Assembly (NCBI RefSeq): GCF_036971445.1 | Contig: NC_091479.1 | Coordinates: 85,188,001-85,252,000 of the forward strand | DNA length: 64,000 nt | DNA from: Narcine bancroftii | Lineage: Eukaryota | Direction: 5' to 3' | In this document: positions 26,374 to 40,000 of the stretch, in pieces | Numbering within the stretch: the first letter of the stretch is position 1 | Layout: each line of letters begins with the position of its first letter | Translations under genes and position numbers: made by a program | Notes under the pieces: generated by a model | Seen by the model: only the letters and a program-made list of their open reading frames with translations | Told to the model about the DNA's origin: nothing | Databases searched by the model: none

Positions 26374-28599
26374 TGCTTTTATATCATCTTTCATATTCTT
26401 GAGATAGCCCCAAGCATTTTGCAGGTGAAATAGTGAGTCTTTTGAAATAAAATCACTGTTCGGTTGCACAATTTGTGAACAAAAATGGTCAAATCACCAC
26501 AAAGCCTATTTTGGTGTTGGTTTTTCTTCATATAATGATGTGGGATCTTTAATGTCCTCCATAAAAGGCAGACATGGCCTTAGTTTAACATTGTCCATAA
26601 AAAAAATGCACATTTATATTGCAAATAGTATCAGATGAGAAAATGGTCTGTGTTGTCTTGAACTGGGCTAGGTGCCCAGACTAATCAGTCACAGTCCTCA
26701 CTTGCACTTATTTACCCTGGAAACATAAAGCTGATGAGTTGACCCTCTGTAAAGACAGTCATGATCTGAACTTCACACATTTTCCCTTGGAAATTAACCC
26801 TTTAAATACAAACAGGCCTCAATTACTTGTCCACGCTCAAAGAATTTTGAGATTTTAGCTGTAAATGGTGGTGATATAAACATCTAAAAGCATATTAAAT
26901 AATTTAAAATGAGCATTGTTAAATTAAGAAAGAGATGATGAATTTAAAATTCCATCAGATAATTAATAACATTTACAAGGCAGTCTCTTAAATGCCCAAC
27001 CCCCACCCCTCCTACCCCACCCCTCACTCCTGCTGTGAACAAATGGCTACAGTTGTCTCATTATTATGATAGAAAAGTATTTTGGAGGAATACACCTCTC
27101 TACTTATAACATGGAAAGCAGAAAATTCCAACGTAGACAACTTTATAGGAACACAGCTCCTGGGTAACTGAAGTGAGGATTAAATTACAATCTCTTTACT
27201 GATAGACTATGGATTCATTTTCAAATAAATCAATGAGGCACACTTTATATTGTCAATTCCAAACTTGTATAAAAATTTACACTGCATAAATGGCCCAAAA
27301 CATGCTTACAAAATAACCTGCTCAAACTAGCCATAAGATACATTTGTTATGTAAAACCCATAGAATAAAGACATAGCTGTATAAAATCCACTAAATTTTT
27401 TAGATTTAAAATTGAAGACATGTAATAATGAATTTTATGGTCTTTTATAATTTTTAAAGGCTTTGATCCAAACCATAAATGCAGAAATCCAAAGATTGAT
27501 TCTGTAGATTAGTTTTTCCCCATATCAAGAAGAATGCCTATTATTTGATCAGATACCCTGAGGCATTTCACATGAACATTATCATTCACAAAGAGATACA
27601 AGAACAGATGAAAAGGATAGTTTTTAAGATGCTTCTAAAATAAGGATAGAGAAATAGTGAGGTTAAGGAAAGGAAAACTAGAGCATAGAGCCTTGGCATG
27701 TGAGGGCATGGCCACCAAGGGTGGATCTATTTAAAACTGGGGTGCTGAAGAGGGCAGCCCAGATACGTTGGAGGATTGTAGGGCATAAGAATCACATTGT
27801 TTGTGAGAAGCAAGTCCAGATAACGATATGAAATGAGGGTGAGAATTTTAAAACAAGTCATTGTTTAATCAGGAGACTTGAATGATCAATGTGCCCAGGG
27901 GGGTGAAGGGTAAATGACACAGCAGAAGTTAGGTCATGGGCAATGGAGCATTGGTTGACCTTATGGAGGCCAAAACATGAAAATCCAGCAATGAAATATA
28001 AAGTTAAAATACAGATTTGCTTAAATAAAAAAAAAATATTCCATTGCTCCCACTTCAGAGTATGCTGTGTAGCAGACATCCTTTACTCCATTTGACCATT
28101 CAATCCTCCCCAAATCAGTATCAGGTCAAAACCTGACGAGGATCAGAGTCCCATTGATTTCAATAGGATCTTGGCCTAGATATTATGAGGATTTGATTAC
28201 TTATGTTTTTACTAATTTTATTTTAATGTTGTTAATGTATTCTTTATTCTAATGTTATTAGACATTTTTTTATTTTTAATCCTTTTCGTTTGTTCACAAC
28301 AATCTTGGTTGCTTTAAATAAATCTGATATCTTTTTAATTTATTTCTTTTAAATATTTTTCTTTCCATATTAAAGGCTTTTGAAATTATTTCAGATTGAG
28401 ACAAGTGTGAAAATCCCGCCTACAGTGTAAGTTCAAGTTTACAGTTGTCCTGGGTGGTTCCTCAACACTATTATAGAGTACATGTGTCTCCCATGTACAT
28501 AAGCTCAGGACAGTACACTCATGTAGGATCCACAGATATGGCCCGAAGTTTTGATGTAAGGTGGAATCGCATGCATGCAGGACGTCATGTTGATATGAA

Positions 28600-28860
28600 G
28601 TAAAACACGAAAATCTTTAGACACCATGGTTGAAGTAAAGACACACAATGCTGAAGAAACTCAGCAGGTCAAACAGTATTCTTTATCTCTTCTTTCTTTG
28701 GCTTGGCTTCGCGGACGAAGATTCATGGAGGGGGTAAATGTCCACGTCAGCTGTAGGCATCGTAAATGTCCCGATGCGGGACATGCTTTATATAGCATAG
28801 GTAGAAATACATAACTGACATTTTGGGCTTGAGGTCTTCATCAAGGATACTGTTTGACAT
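28600..28860 (-). mobile_element. Penelope-like terminal-repeat fragment interrupted by a short RTE 3' end (about 28688-28782)
   Basis: aatgctgaagaaactcagcaggtc...ctttat | ttctttctttggcttggcttcgcggacgaag... | gctttatatagc...cattttgggcttgaggtcttcatcaagg. Confidence 0.7.
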
Positions 28861-29332
28861 AATATTGATATACTTGGGTCAATTGTACACAGTGAGAATG
28901 AATGGGATGTTATTTTGTATAATCGAAACTTGACATAAAATTATGCATGAATGTAATACACATTTATCAGGTGATGACTTCACCACTTAACAAAATGAAT
29001 TTATGAATTTTTAATGAAGTAATTTTCTGCCCTTGCATCTATTTTGTGGGCAGTCATATTAATTATTCTTCTGCAGTGTCGGCCATATTGTGAGAGGACG
29101 GAATCCTGGCCTCATTTAAGTTGAAATTGCTCCAGATCACATTTTTGGTTCTGCACCATTTTTCTATCAGATGTAATTAAGCCAAAAAAAATCTGTGATT
29201 AACCATTATTTATTATAATTGTCTAATAATCTTCATCTGAAGAATTATTTCATTGGCACTAAATTGACATGTAAAAGTCACAAGAATTTTTGGTGGATAG
29301 ATTCTATTTTTTTTTGTTTAATGATTGAAGTA

Positions 29333-29508
29333 GAGTGAAACCCCTGGTATGCAGCACCTTGGTTGATGCCGCAGGAGTGAATTTTCCGGTTGCTAAAGAT
29401 TGCGTGTTGTGTGATTGGCCAACTTACTGCTGGGGGGGAGGCAATTCTAAATTTCTAATTTTTTAATCTATTCCTTTGCTTGAATTCCAGATTACAGATG
29501 CTTTACTG
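29333..29508 (-). mobile_element. Tc1/mariner-like MITE with TA target duplication
   Basis: TA|GAGTGAAACCCC...GCTTTACTG|TA; reverse complement of 26169-26373. Confidence 0.72.
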
Positions 29509-29699
29509 TACTAACATTAATGTTTATTGATAATGGTTGTATCCAGTAAAGTCAAATAGTTTCACTGTCACATCTTCTGGAAATCTAGAAATTGTTTTTA
29601 ATGCTGAAATAATGATAAGTTTGCACGCCTAAAACATGTTTATTTTGAAAGTAATTAAATATTCAATGGTTTCACAAGAGTTTTAATAAAGACATGCTT

Positions 29700-29897
29700 T
29701 AAGGGTGGCATTGGTTAGCTCAGCAATTAACACCAGCGATTAGTGTTATAGCTCCAGCGATCAAGACGGGGTTCAAATCTTGCTCTGTCTGCAAGGAGTC
29801 TGTACATTCTCCGCAAGTCTATGGGGGGCTTCGAGTTCCTCCCACCCTTCAAAACATTGTAGGTTAATTGGGTTTAATTGGGTGGTATGGGCTCGTG
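29700..29897 (+). mobile_element. tRNA-derived SINE (V-SINE/HE1-like)
   Basis: A-box-like TGGTTAGCTCAGC and B-box GGTTCAAATC, then gtctgcaaggagtctgtacattctcc; matches the inverted copies at 52945 and 61790. Confidence 0.65.
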
Positions 29898-31670
29898 GAA
29901 AGCTACCTCCTGGGCAAAGTGGAGATTCCGGATGAAAATGGAGACCACAAGGGACACCTGATAGCTGTGGCAGGGCCTAAGTGCCACAACCTGTTACAAA
30001 ATCAAATCCAGTAAAGTAGCAGACAGCAAAGCTGAGGAACTCAGCCTCTTCTATACCAAATTTGACAACAGGAACAGTGAAGAACCACCCCTCTGCACCC
30101 ACATATCCCTTGATGATCCTATCCTATCCGTATCTGAGGATAATGTGCGTGCTGCCTTCAGGGGAGTAAATTCAAGGGAAACATCCGGCTCAGACTGGGT
30201 ACCTGGCAGAGTATTAAAAACCTCTGCTGACCAACTTACCAATGTATTCATGGATATCTTCAATATCTCACTCCAGCAGGGCGTGGTACCCAGCTGCTTC
30301 AAACAGGCATCAATTATACCAGTGCCCAAGAAGAGTGCAGTAACCTGCCTTAAAGACTATTAACCAGCAGCACTTACATCAACAGTGATGAAATGTTTTG
30401 AAAAGCTGGTGATGAAGCAGATCAGCTCCTGTTTGAGCGGTGACATGGATACATTTCAGTTCACCTATCATCTCACTGGCTCTACACAAAGCCTTGGAAC
30501 ACTTGGACAGAAAAGATCCATACATCAGGATGTTCTTTATTGTCTAAAGTTTGGCATTTAACACCATTATCCCCTCAAAATTGATCAGCAAACTCCAAGT
30601 CCTGGGAATTAAAACCTCACTGTGGACCATGGATTTCTTCACCTCCAGACCACAGTCAGTGAAGATTGGTGAGAACTTCTCCACAATCTCCATCAGTGCC
30701 AGAGCACTACAGGGCTGTGGTCTTAGACCCTCTGCTCTACTCACTTTTCACCTATGACTGAGCTCCTCAGAACGACAAGAACACCATCTAGAAACTTGCT
30801 CGTGATACTATGGCAGTGAGTCGTATAAAAGGAGGTGATGAGTCAGCATACAGAATGGAGATTTAAAACTAGGCAGAATAGTGCACTAACAACAACCTTG
30901 CACTCAAAACAAAGGAGCTGATTGTTGACTTCAGGAAAGGAAAGCCAGAGGTGTACAATCCAGTGATCACTGGTGGATCAGAGGATTAGAGAATGGGCAA
31001 ATTTAAGTTCTTGGGAGTCACTATCTTGGAGTTCTTTCTGGACTCAACACACTAATGGGAAAGCATGTCAGTGCCTCTACTTCCTCAGGGATTTGCGGAG
31101 GTTTGGAATGACACCAGAAACCCTTGCAAATTTCTACCGAGGTGTGGTGGAAAGTGTGCTGACCGGCTGCATCACAGAACACCAAGACCCCTGAGCATAA
31201 AGCCCTCCAAAAGGTAGTGGACACAGTCCAGGACATCACAGGCACTTCCACACTATTGAGTACATCTACAGGATGTGCTGCCATCCGAGAGCAGCTACAA
31301 TCATCAAAGACCCACCCCACCCAGCACATGGTCTGTCCTCACTGCTGCCATCAGGAAAGAGATATAGGTATCACAAGATTCACACCACCAGGTTCATGAA
31401 CAGCTGCTCCCCCTCCACCATCAGACTCCTCAACAACAAACTCAATCAGAGATTCATTTAAGGACTCGTACTTGTGCACTTTATTGATTTTTTTTCTGTT
31501 CTCTCTGTAGTGCACAGTCGATTTGCTTACATTCATTATCTTTTTATAGTTCTTTCTTTGTTTACATGTTTTATGCTCTATCCATTTGTGGTAATTCTGC
31601 CATGCCTGCAGGAAAAAAGGAATCTCAGGGTATGTGATGTCATCAAATCTGAAATCTGATAAAAATCTGA
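29898..31670 (+). mobile_element. Longest Rex1/Babar-like LINE remnant in the window
   Basis: ORFs 30145..30363 (ADQLTNVFMDIFNISLQQGVVPSCFKQASIIPVPKK), 30551..30757 (AFNTIIPSKL...QGC) and 31273..31461; multiple stops and frameshifts. Confidence 0.9.
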
Positions 31671-32334
31671 AATCCCCATTAATTTCAAGGCAAAAAAAAA
31701 GCTTTATATGGGAGCTAATGAAAATACAGTAAATAAACATCTAACTGCTTAATAATGTACAAAGCTCACAAAGGCATGTTTTTCTGTGCATTTGTGTGAT
31801 ATTTATGTCTGGCTTTTAAGGATAAAGATAATGGTAAAAACAAATTTGATTTAACTATCTGAATAAAGATGTAAATGCCAGCAAAAATGTATGCTCCCTG
31901 CTAAATTCAATGTTCAAACTTCCACTGAATGTTATCCCAGAAAGGTCCCTTTATTTTGAAGTCTATGTGAGCTCAGAATTTGAGTATAAACATAAACATG
32001 GCAGCATTCACATAGTTACAAATATTTTGTAAAAACAACACAGAAAACTCTTGTGTAGCCATCGGTTACTGTGATTTAATGATTCCAATGTTACTGTGGT
32101 GGAAGTTGAAATAAATGATAATTCAGGCTTGAAACTGATCCAATGATCAGCCTGAAATGTCCTGACAATGGATATATTTAATTTTAATTGATGTTTACAT
32201 ATGTACATATATTTAGGTTTTTACATAAAGATCCAGTTAAAATGGAAATACCAATAAAGTAATATTGATCCATTTTTTAAAATTTGTTCAACATTTTTTC
32301 CACCTACAAGTTGTCATGCCAATTTAATTAGTTA

Positions 32335-32494
32335 TTTCTTTGGCTTGGCTTCGCGGACGAAGATTTATGGAGGGGGTAAAAGTCCACGTCAGCTGCAGGC
32401 TCGTTTGTGGCTGACAAGTCCGATGCGGGACAGGCAGACACGGTTGCAGCGGCTGCAGGGGAAAATTGGTTGGTTGGGGTTGGGTGTTGGGTTT
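32335..32494 (-). mobile_element. RTE LINE 3' end
   Basis: Reverse complement of 16365-16520. Confidence 0.9.
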
Positions 32495-32642
32495 TAATCA
32501 TTGTTCTAATGCTGTGTTTTGCATGGTATTGTGTTGATTTAATTCCAAAAGTTTGCTTTGGGTTTTGAATGCTACGTATCAAATGCTAATACTGACATTA
32601 ACTCATGCTTTCATTCTCAGTTTGAAAAATAATATTCTATAT

Positions 32643-32770
32643 CAGTGGTTTTCAAACTGCCCCCTAAACTCACATTCCACGTTAAGTAAACCCTGTGGCA
32701 TAGGTGCTCTGTGTTTAGTACAGGTTTGCTTAAGGTGGAATGTGAGTTTAGGGCAGTTTGTAAACCACTG
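32643..32770. mobile_element. Palindromic hAT (Charlie/MER5-like) MITE, 128 bp
   Basis: About 50-bp arms CAGTGGTTTTCAAACTGCCC...GGGCAGTTTGTAAACCACTG; 8-bp TSD TTCTATAT/TTCTAAAT. Confidence 0.88.
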
Positions 32771-35700
32771 TTCTAAATATATTTATGCTATTTCGTAACA
32801 CAGGAATGGGTAAGAAGACATATTAGAAAGATAGCTCTTTGATGCTGGCAGAAAGGCACTCTGTGAACACAAAAGACTGTAGGACTGTAGGTAGAGTTAA
32901 AAGCAGGGTTCTTGAATAACTGAGATGCTTGTGTCCACTTCCCCTAGGTTCTGTGCCCTTCTGTATCACCTGCAACAATACAGGACCATCAGGGCACTGG
33001 GTGGTTGTTGAATCCCCATTAGAACCAGGGAAATGGGGTGAAAGGAATCTGCTCAGAGCTCCACTTGCACAATATATTCCCATTCTCTCTTTCAAAGCTT
33101 TCCAATATTCATGATTAAAACTAGACTGCTGATCTCTTTAATACAGGTCAGTGGAACATTGAATGGCTGAGACCAGGATGCCTGTTGTTGATGTGCCATC
33201 CTTGGCAAGAGTTTGCATCCACTCATGAATCACACTCGATGCTCCGGTGTGGTAGTCAAATATTGACGTCATCATAATGGCCTTTCTGCTCAAGAATGAT
33301 TCTGTACCGACAAGCTGGGGTGCCCACTCATGCTCTATTAAATCTTTTCCGAAAGAACAAAGTATTGTGTTTTACAAGATGCAGCATTTGCGTCCAACTG
33401 AGTAAAATTCCAAGTCTTCTGAAATTCCACCACTGTCCCTGGATATTTGTGATCTTTGAGCCTGCAAATGCAACCCACTTATCTATCAAAAAATACGTGC
33501 CTGGAGAATGAGCTTGAGGCCTGCAATGAGGCAAGTTCAGAGTGGTGACCGCCCCGGCAGTCTTTATCATCATTATATTGTTGTAGGTCCATGGGAGAAG
33601 AAATATGAATCACTAACATTATACATGTAATTAATTGCCATTATTGTTGATTTCTAATTCAGGCAAGTGAAGTTTTTTTTATACAAGGACCCTGGATAAG
33701 GTGGAATTTTATTACAGGTTATAATGAGGCTTCCCTCTCCCCTATCTTCAGGGTCTACATATTCTAATATCCCCATTTTTCTGCAGATATTGGTGAGTAA
33801 TGGCTGGAAGGGCATTTCAGATTCTCTGCCTCTTCATATTCCTCAAGACCCCTTCTGTCATGAAGAGGGCAAATAGAGACTAACGAGTGTTAATTTTGTC
33901 AAACAACATAGGACAGTTAGTTTGTATTTGAGTTACAAAGAGGAAGCTGATTATCAGCGAAGGCTGTGCAGTTCGGAAGGTGTGAATGAGTATGTGAAAG
34001 TGATAACTGTGTCTGCAATGAGAGGAAATCTGTGGAATAATGGACTGAAAGAGACTTGAAAGAGCAGAGTCACCAATTTTGAAGTGCTCGCTGTTCTACC
34101 ACGAACACTTGGGGAGTTGCTTTGGAAGCTAACAGAGGAGTAATGGGATGGGAGGTAGAATGCGATTTCTTTTATTCAGTCATGTTGGACTGACTCACAA
34201 AAATATGCTTATGGAATAAAACTCCAAAAAAGAAAGATAGTATTTTGCTTTATTTTCATTGCATTGGAAACTGAATAAAATCTTTTAATTTTGAAAATTT
34301 TTCTTAGTCTACATTATAACATTTAAAAGTAGACATTTGCAAAAATATACTTTTACATAAGTTACATAAAAGTGCATATTTTTAAAGGTGAATAATTTGT
34401 AACCTTAACCCACCCAAAAAAAGCAGAGATCAAGTCAGTATTGTAAATGAAAATACAATTATTTTGTGTATTAGAATTGGAAAGAGCTATTCAATGTCTT
34501 GGAAGAGGAGTGTGACTTTTATCACTAACAGAGCTTGACTGTATCAAGTTGTACTCATCTTTTGTACATTTGCTTCCATCGACTTCCATAGTACTTAATT
34601 ATGCAGAGAAGAGTGGTCAACATTTACGTGATTTGAATATTTGACTACAGTCCGACTATCTCTCTGTGGAGTGTGCATTGTCTATACCTCATGGCTTAGT
34701 GATAAATGAAATATGCATGCACCATTATTTAGTTTTGTATTAATTAGGCCTGGAATTGTTTTGATGTATTAGAATGAATCATTGTCAATTTAATGTCGTA
34801 AATGACAGATTTCTTTTTAGACAGGCTCAAATCTCAAAGAACCACAATGGACTTACAAGGTGATTTGGGCCAAAGAATTTTAGCCACTTAACTAATCAGT
34901 TGTTAATATTTTATCTTAGCTAATTTGGAAAGCGAGGGAGGATGATACTGATGTGTAGAAAGACCAATAAAAGCATCACTTAAACAAATACAGAATAACT
35001 TTTAATTCCATCAAAATGTATTTCGGTTTATTAATATTGCTTGCATTTAGACAAAACACAAGCAACGACACATGAATATTAATAAAGCAGACAGACCATT
35101 AAAGTGGATGAGTTGCATAGTTAGTTAAATTTTTCCCATCATTTCTCTGACTACAGAAGCAAAATAATTATATTGGCTGTTATAGTCAAGTTCTTAACTA
35201 AATGGATAAGTGTTTTCTACTATCATGTCATCGTCTGTGTATATAACAAGCTACAGCAAATAAGTACCAGGAGAGGAGGTGTACTGGATGATAAAGAACG
35301 CAGAAATTTACAGAAGGCAGAAAATTGTGTCAGGATACATTGAGCTAAAAGACAGAACTAGACCAACTGCTTTTAACATAAAGCAAGATGGTGAGTGTAA
35401 TTAATGTATAAATGGAGCAACGTTATGACAGGTTAACAAAATGTAATATATATTGAAAAGCCATTAAAATCTAGTACCAAACGTACTAAGATCAGGAAAT
35501 GAATCACTTGAGGTATAAATTATAGGAATGAGCAAGTGACCCTGTTATTGTATAGAATTTAGGTCAGACTGTGTTTAGTTTTGAAGGCCTCATTTTAAGG
35601 CCTTAGAGAAAATATAGCTGTGAATGATTCCAGCAATATCTGCAAAAGAAAGGAAATGAACTGTGACAAAATTCCGGATAAACCTGGATTATTTATTTTA

Positions 35701-35969
35701 AGAGACAGAGGTAGAAGCTCATATTGTCAGGAGAAGGCATCTGAATCCCTTAAGTTTTCTTTTAACCGCACAACTACCAATAAATCACATCTAATCTATA
35801 TCTTAATGATCAGTTTTGGTTTCATATTTTTTAATACATTTGCCAGAGAAAAATGGATCAATATCAGTTATGAATTTTTTAACTGACTACCAGCCACAAT
35901 GGCATTTTGGAATTCCAGATTTTCACGAGTTGTGTACGAGGAGGTGCTTCCCATCCTTACCATTTAGTG

Positions 35970-36250
35970 ATCACAGACAAAGGAACAGAACCAGGCCACT
36001 AGGCCCATCGAGTCTGTTCCATAAATCTACACTAAGCTACTCTACACTAGTTCCCATTTTTGGCCTTTTCCCCATAATCCCTTGATGCCCTCACTAATGA
36101 GATATTTGTCTTTCTTTTTTAAAATCCTCCCAGCGATCTGGCTTCCACTGCTGTATGCCGCAGTGAGTTCCACAGATCCACGACCCTCTGACTAAAGAAG
36201 TTCTTCCTGATCTCTTTTATATGGATAACCTCTCATTTTCAGACTATGAA
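35970..36250 (-). mobile_element. CR1-like LINE 3' fragment
   Basis: gaacagaaccaggccactaggcccatcgagtctgttcc 3'-end motif and degenerate ORF2 tail. Confidence 0.6.
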
Positions 36251-36714
36251 TAGTATTCTGCCTGTTTAATATTTCCACTTGTAGACGAGGCTTGTATTAT
36301 ACGTTATCTTTTCTAATGGAATACAAGACCTCCTTTCCAAATGCCACCATTGAATACTCATGTCATTTTCTAGCCACAGCTAATTGAATTGCACAGTTCT
36401 AATTTTGAGGAGTTCAGAAACTCAGCACCAGTGAGGAAAAGTGAAAAAGAGCAAAACATCTTATTACATTGTTTAACATCTTTAATACCTCAATCAGATC
36501 TCCCTTAATCTTTTACACTCATTGAAATTCAATCTAAGATTATTCAAACTGTCCTTTTAATTTAACCCTTTTAGCCTTTGAAGCCAAATTGATTGAAGGG
36601 TTAAGAAATGAATGGTTAGATAGATGAGGATTTCTCAATAATTTCTCAGGATATTGGGAATAACAAAATATATTAGTATTGGGGCAAAAAATAAACAAAG
36701 AATCTAGTAAAAAC

Positions 36715-36905
36715 AAAAAAAAAAGCTGAAGGAATTCAGCAGGCCTCGCAGTGTGCTTGGGAAGGAAAGATATATAAACAACATTTTGGGCCTGGGCCCC
36801 TTGTCAAGGTACCTTTACATCAAATGGATGCTGCAAGACCTGCTGAGTTCCTCCAGCGTTTTTGTGCTTTTACTACAATCACAGTGTATACAGACTTTCG
36901 ACTTT
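36715..36905. mobile_element. Inverted pair of Penelope-like terminal-repeat fragments
   Basis: gctgaaggaattcagcaggcc ... gacctgctgagttcctccagc arms; hammerhead-like core at 36781-36809 on the minus strand. Confidence 0.65.
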
Positions 36906-36969
36906 CACAGAAGTTAAATTCCAAGGATGCCCTTTGCATAAATTTTTGTAATAATGTAGTGCACACATG

Positions 36970-37094
36970 CAGGGGTGGGGTGCTAATTTTTTAGGTGCCG
37001 GTGCTCACCAAAAATGGCAACAAGGAGGTGCCAGAGTGGCCACTTGAGGTGCGTGGGCAGCGTTCCGGTGAGCTCTGGCAGCACTGCTCCCCTG
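36970..37094. mobile_element. hAT-like MITE, 125 bp
   Basis: Imperfect TIRs CAGGGGTGGGGTGCT / AGCACTGCTCCCCTG; 8-bp TSD CACACATG/CACACTTG. Confidence 0.7.
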
Positions 37095-40000
37095 CACACT
37101 TGACTGGCACTGAAAATCAGCGAAGATTTTAAAACCCGAAATGACTTTGGCTTTCATAATACTTTTAATATTCTAAAAGTCAAAGGCATTTCTGACTTGA
37201 GAGTGCATTAATATTAGAGTGGTTGTTCAGAGAATTATGATTAATGAGTAAAAATGATTTAATTGAGGTTAGTTTTGATAAGAACTTTAAAGATCTGGAG
37301 CAAATATCCGAATTGGCTGAGTCACAGAGGATTGAACAACTTGGTGGTGAACAACTCAGGTGGAGGATGAATCGTGGATATCAAGAGGGCTCTGCAGATA
37401 TAACATTCAGAAATCAAGAGAAAGAAAAAAAAGTTAAAAAAAATTGTCACTATATAGGATTGTTTATGTTTTCATAATGTTCCAAAGAAGCTCACATTCA
37501 ATGAATCCTTATCAACAGATTGTTACTTTTGAAATCCAGTGACCATGTAATGGGCAAATGGAATTCAGAGTGAGACAACCTGCGTGCAGTTACAGTTTTA
37601 GGAAAGTTTGACTCAGTGCAAGTCAACAAGGAACAATCCAAAATTACATCCTGAGATAACAACAACATGAAAAATGTGTTCAAAGTGGTGGATCAAAGGT
37701 AGAGAATATTAGATAAAGGTGGAAGGATCTGATTGTCAATAAGCCCTGAGGCTCTGTAATTGCTTAAACAGCATTTCTATCAGCTTTACCTGACTGAACC
37801 AAACAAGCTAGATGAGAGGAAAGGACTGGCATTTACCCTGGGTGCAGAAAGTTAGTTTGATATCTTATCTTATTACCCAGATGAAGGAGAAAGCAGGGAA
37901 AAAATTGAATATTAATCGATTGCAATTGTCATTTAAAATCAAACATTTTGATTACATAGCAGAAATATCAGATTGCTGACACACTAATTGGTGGAGAGCT
38001 TGAATCATATCCTTGAGTAACGCATACACATCTTTCTAATATTGAGGGGCTTTGTTGTCGACAGTGATATAACATTTGAAATACTACTTTTTTTTTTGCT
38101 TTTGCTTACAATTCCCTAAACGTTTTCACAAGGCAGAATAAATTTACAAAGGTGCATAATTCAATTTTAAGAAACAAATGATAACAGCCTCTAAAGTTCC
38201 TTTAATGAGAGCTTTCTCTTAATAGTTAATATTTTAGTTCAGTCTTTTTGTGACAATCAAGAATTGTTGCAGAAACACATGTTTTCAGGTGCAGAGAGAA
38301 GGGAGGGGAAGTGTGTTAAGGCAGCAGGTAAAGGCCAAAGGAAGTGGGAGAGAATTGGAGAGTCAATGCTGCGGCAGAGAGAGGTCAAGCCCATACATGA
38401 GTAAAGCAGTTACCTCAGGATATGATTGAGAATGGATATCTGCCATTGCAGCCTTTCAACTGGAATTTGTATAGGCTGAAAGTGAGCTGGAGATGTAGCC
38501 GTGGTAATGAGTTCTGGTAGATAACTGATCAAAGAATAAAAGAGAAGGGGAAAATCCATGAATGTAAACCAATGAAAGATAGAAAAGAAATTTGAGAGGA
38601 AGAACTGAAGTTCCTCAAGATCAAAATCCTCTCCTCCTCCATTTTCTACATCTTAAAAACAGTGTAACTCTGACTTATTCCCAGTTTTGATCAAATAAAA
38701 TTGACCTAAAACATTGTTGCTGGTATGACATGCACAATTGCTGTTTATTTTCAGCATTTTTTGTCCTTATTTTCCTCAAAGAAAAGATATAATACAGATG
38801 TAAAAAATCCATCCTTCCATTTTTACAGAATGTTTAGAACAGATAGTGTCGAGTGGAAAAAAAGATTGAAAAATATTTATAAGCTCCTTGCTGAGCATGT
38901 TTTACCGTATAACAAGGTTGCATTGCTTAATTATTAACTTTCAGCTATAGTGGCCCTAATCAGTTGATCTAAGCAGCAGCAATTTTTACTACAATGTCAT
39001 AGTGAGAGAACCTGCTTAATCAGCAAAAGTGAAAAATGCATTGTGTTAATTGGGATGATTGAAATGTGTCAACCATGAGTTGGAGTGATGAAGTGTTTTC
39101 ATAACGGAATAATTCATGTGATATTAATCCGGGGGTGTAGGTTAATGGGATGTAAATTGGCGGCACAGACTCATGGGCCAAAATGGCCTGTTACCTGCTG
39201 TATGTCTAAATTAAAATTAAACTAATTTAATGAACTGAACGTACCATAAAACATAAAGTGCATGTCAGGCACAAAATATATATAAAAAGTAGAGACAGGC
39301 TGTGTCCTTATAATTTGTTGTTGTTTATAAGTGAAACATCAAGGCCTTCTTCATGGCCTGATTCAAGATAAGAAAAGTAATTGTATGGTAATCAAATACT
39401 ACAATTTTTGACTATTGATTTGCCAGTGTTCTAAGAAGAGTCAGTATTACTCAATTTAACTATAGCAGAATGAACAATTCTAAATGCTTAGGCATCATAT
39501 ATCTAACTGTTCCCAAATGGAACATTGTGTTCTAACTTTGGATTCTAAATACAGCTCAACACTTGTGCATAAAATATGGGTTAAATTAGGACTTTTTACT
39601 ACCTTTATCATGAAATTAATAAAATATTTACCAGCTGGGATAGAAAGTCTCTTTCAATTATTTTCTTACTTTGTCAAACTTACACTATTTAAATTTTAAT
39701 TATCTGCACTTGTGTATCTGTTTATGTAATTGGATCAAAGTACTCAAAAGATCATTGAAAAGGCTTGATACATAAATTATGAAACCGTTATTAAATTCAT
39801 AATTATCCTAATTCAGACATTTGGAACATAATGGATTTTATTAAAAAAGAGAACATTGTTCTGCATGTGCTCTTTTGCAATACTGCTTTCTGAGAGTTAT
39901 ACTTTCAGGAGTTTGACATATTTTCCATTCTTTAATAATTATGGGAAGAACTTGGAGTCCTGTCACTCTTGTTAGGTCAATGCTTTCCTCCTTTGGTGCT

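Noticed and set aside
29700-29800. tRNA genes at the A/B-box motifs (also about 53100-53197 and 61930-61995)
   Set aside because: No cloverleaf; they continue into a shared SINE body and tail.
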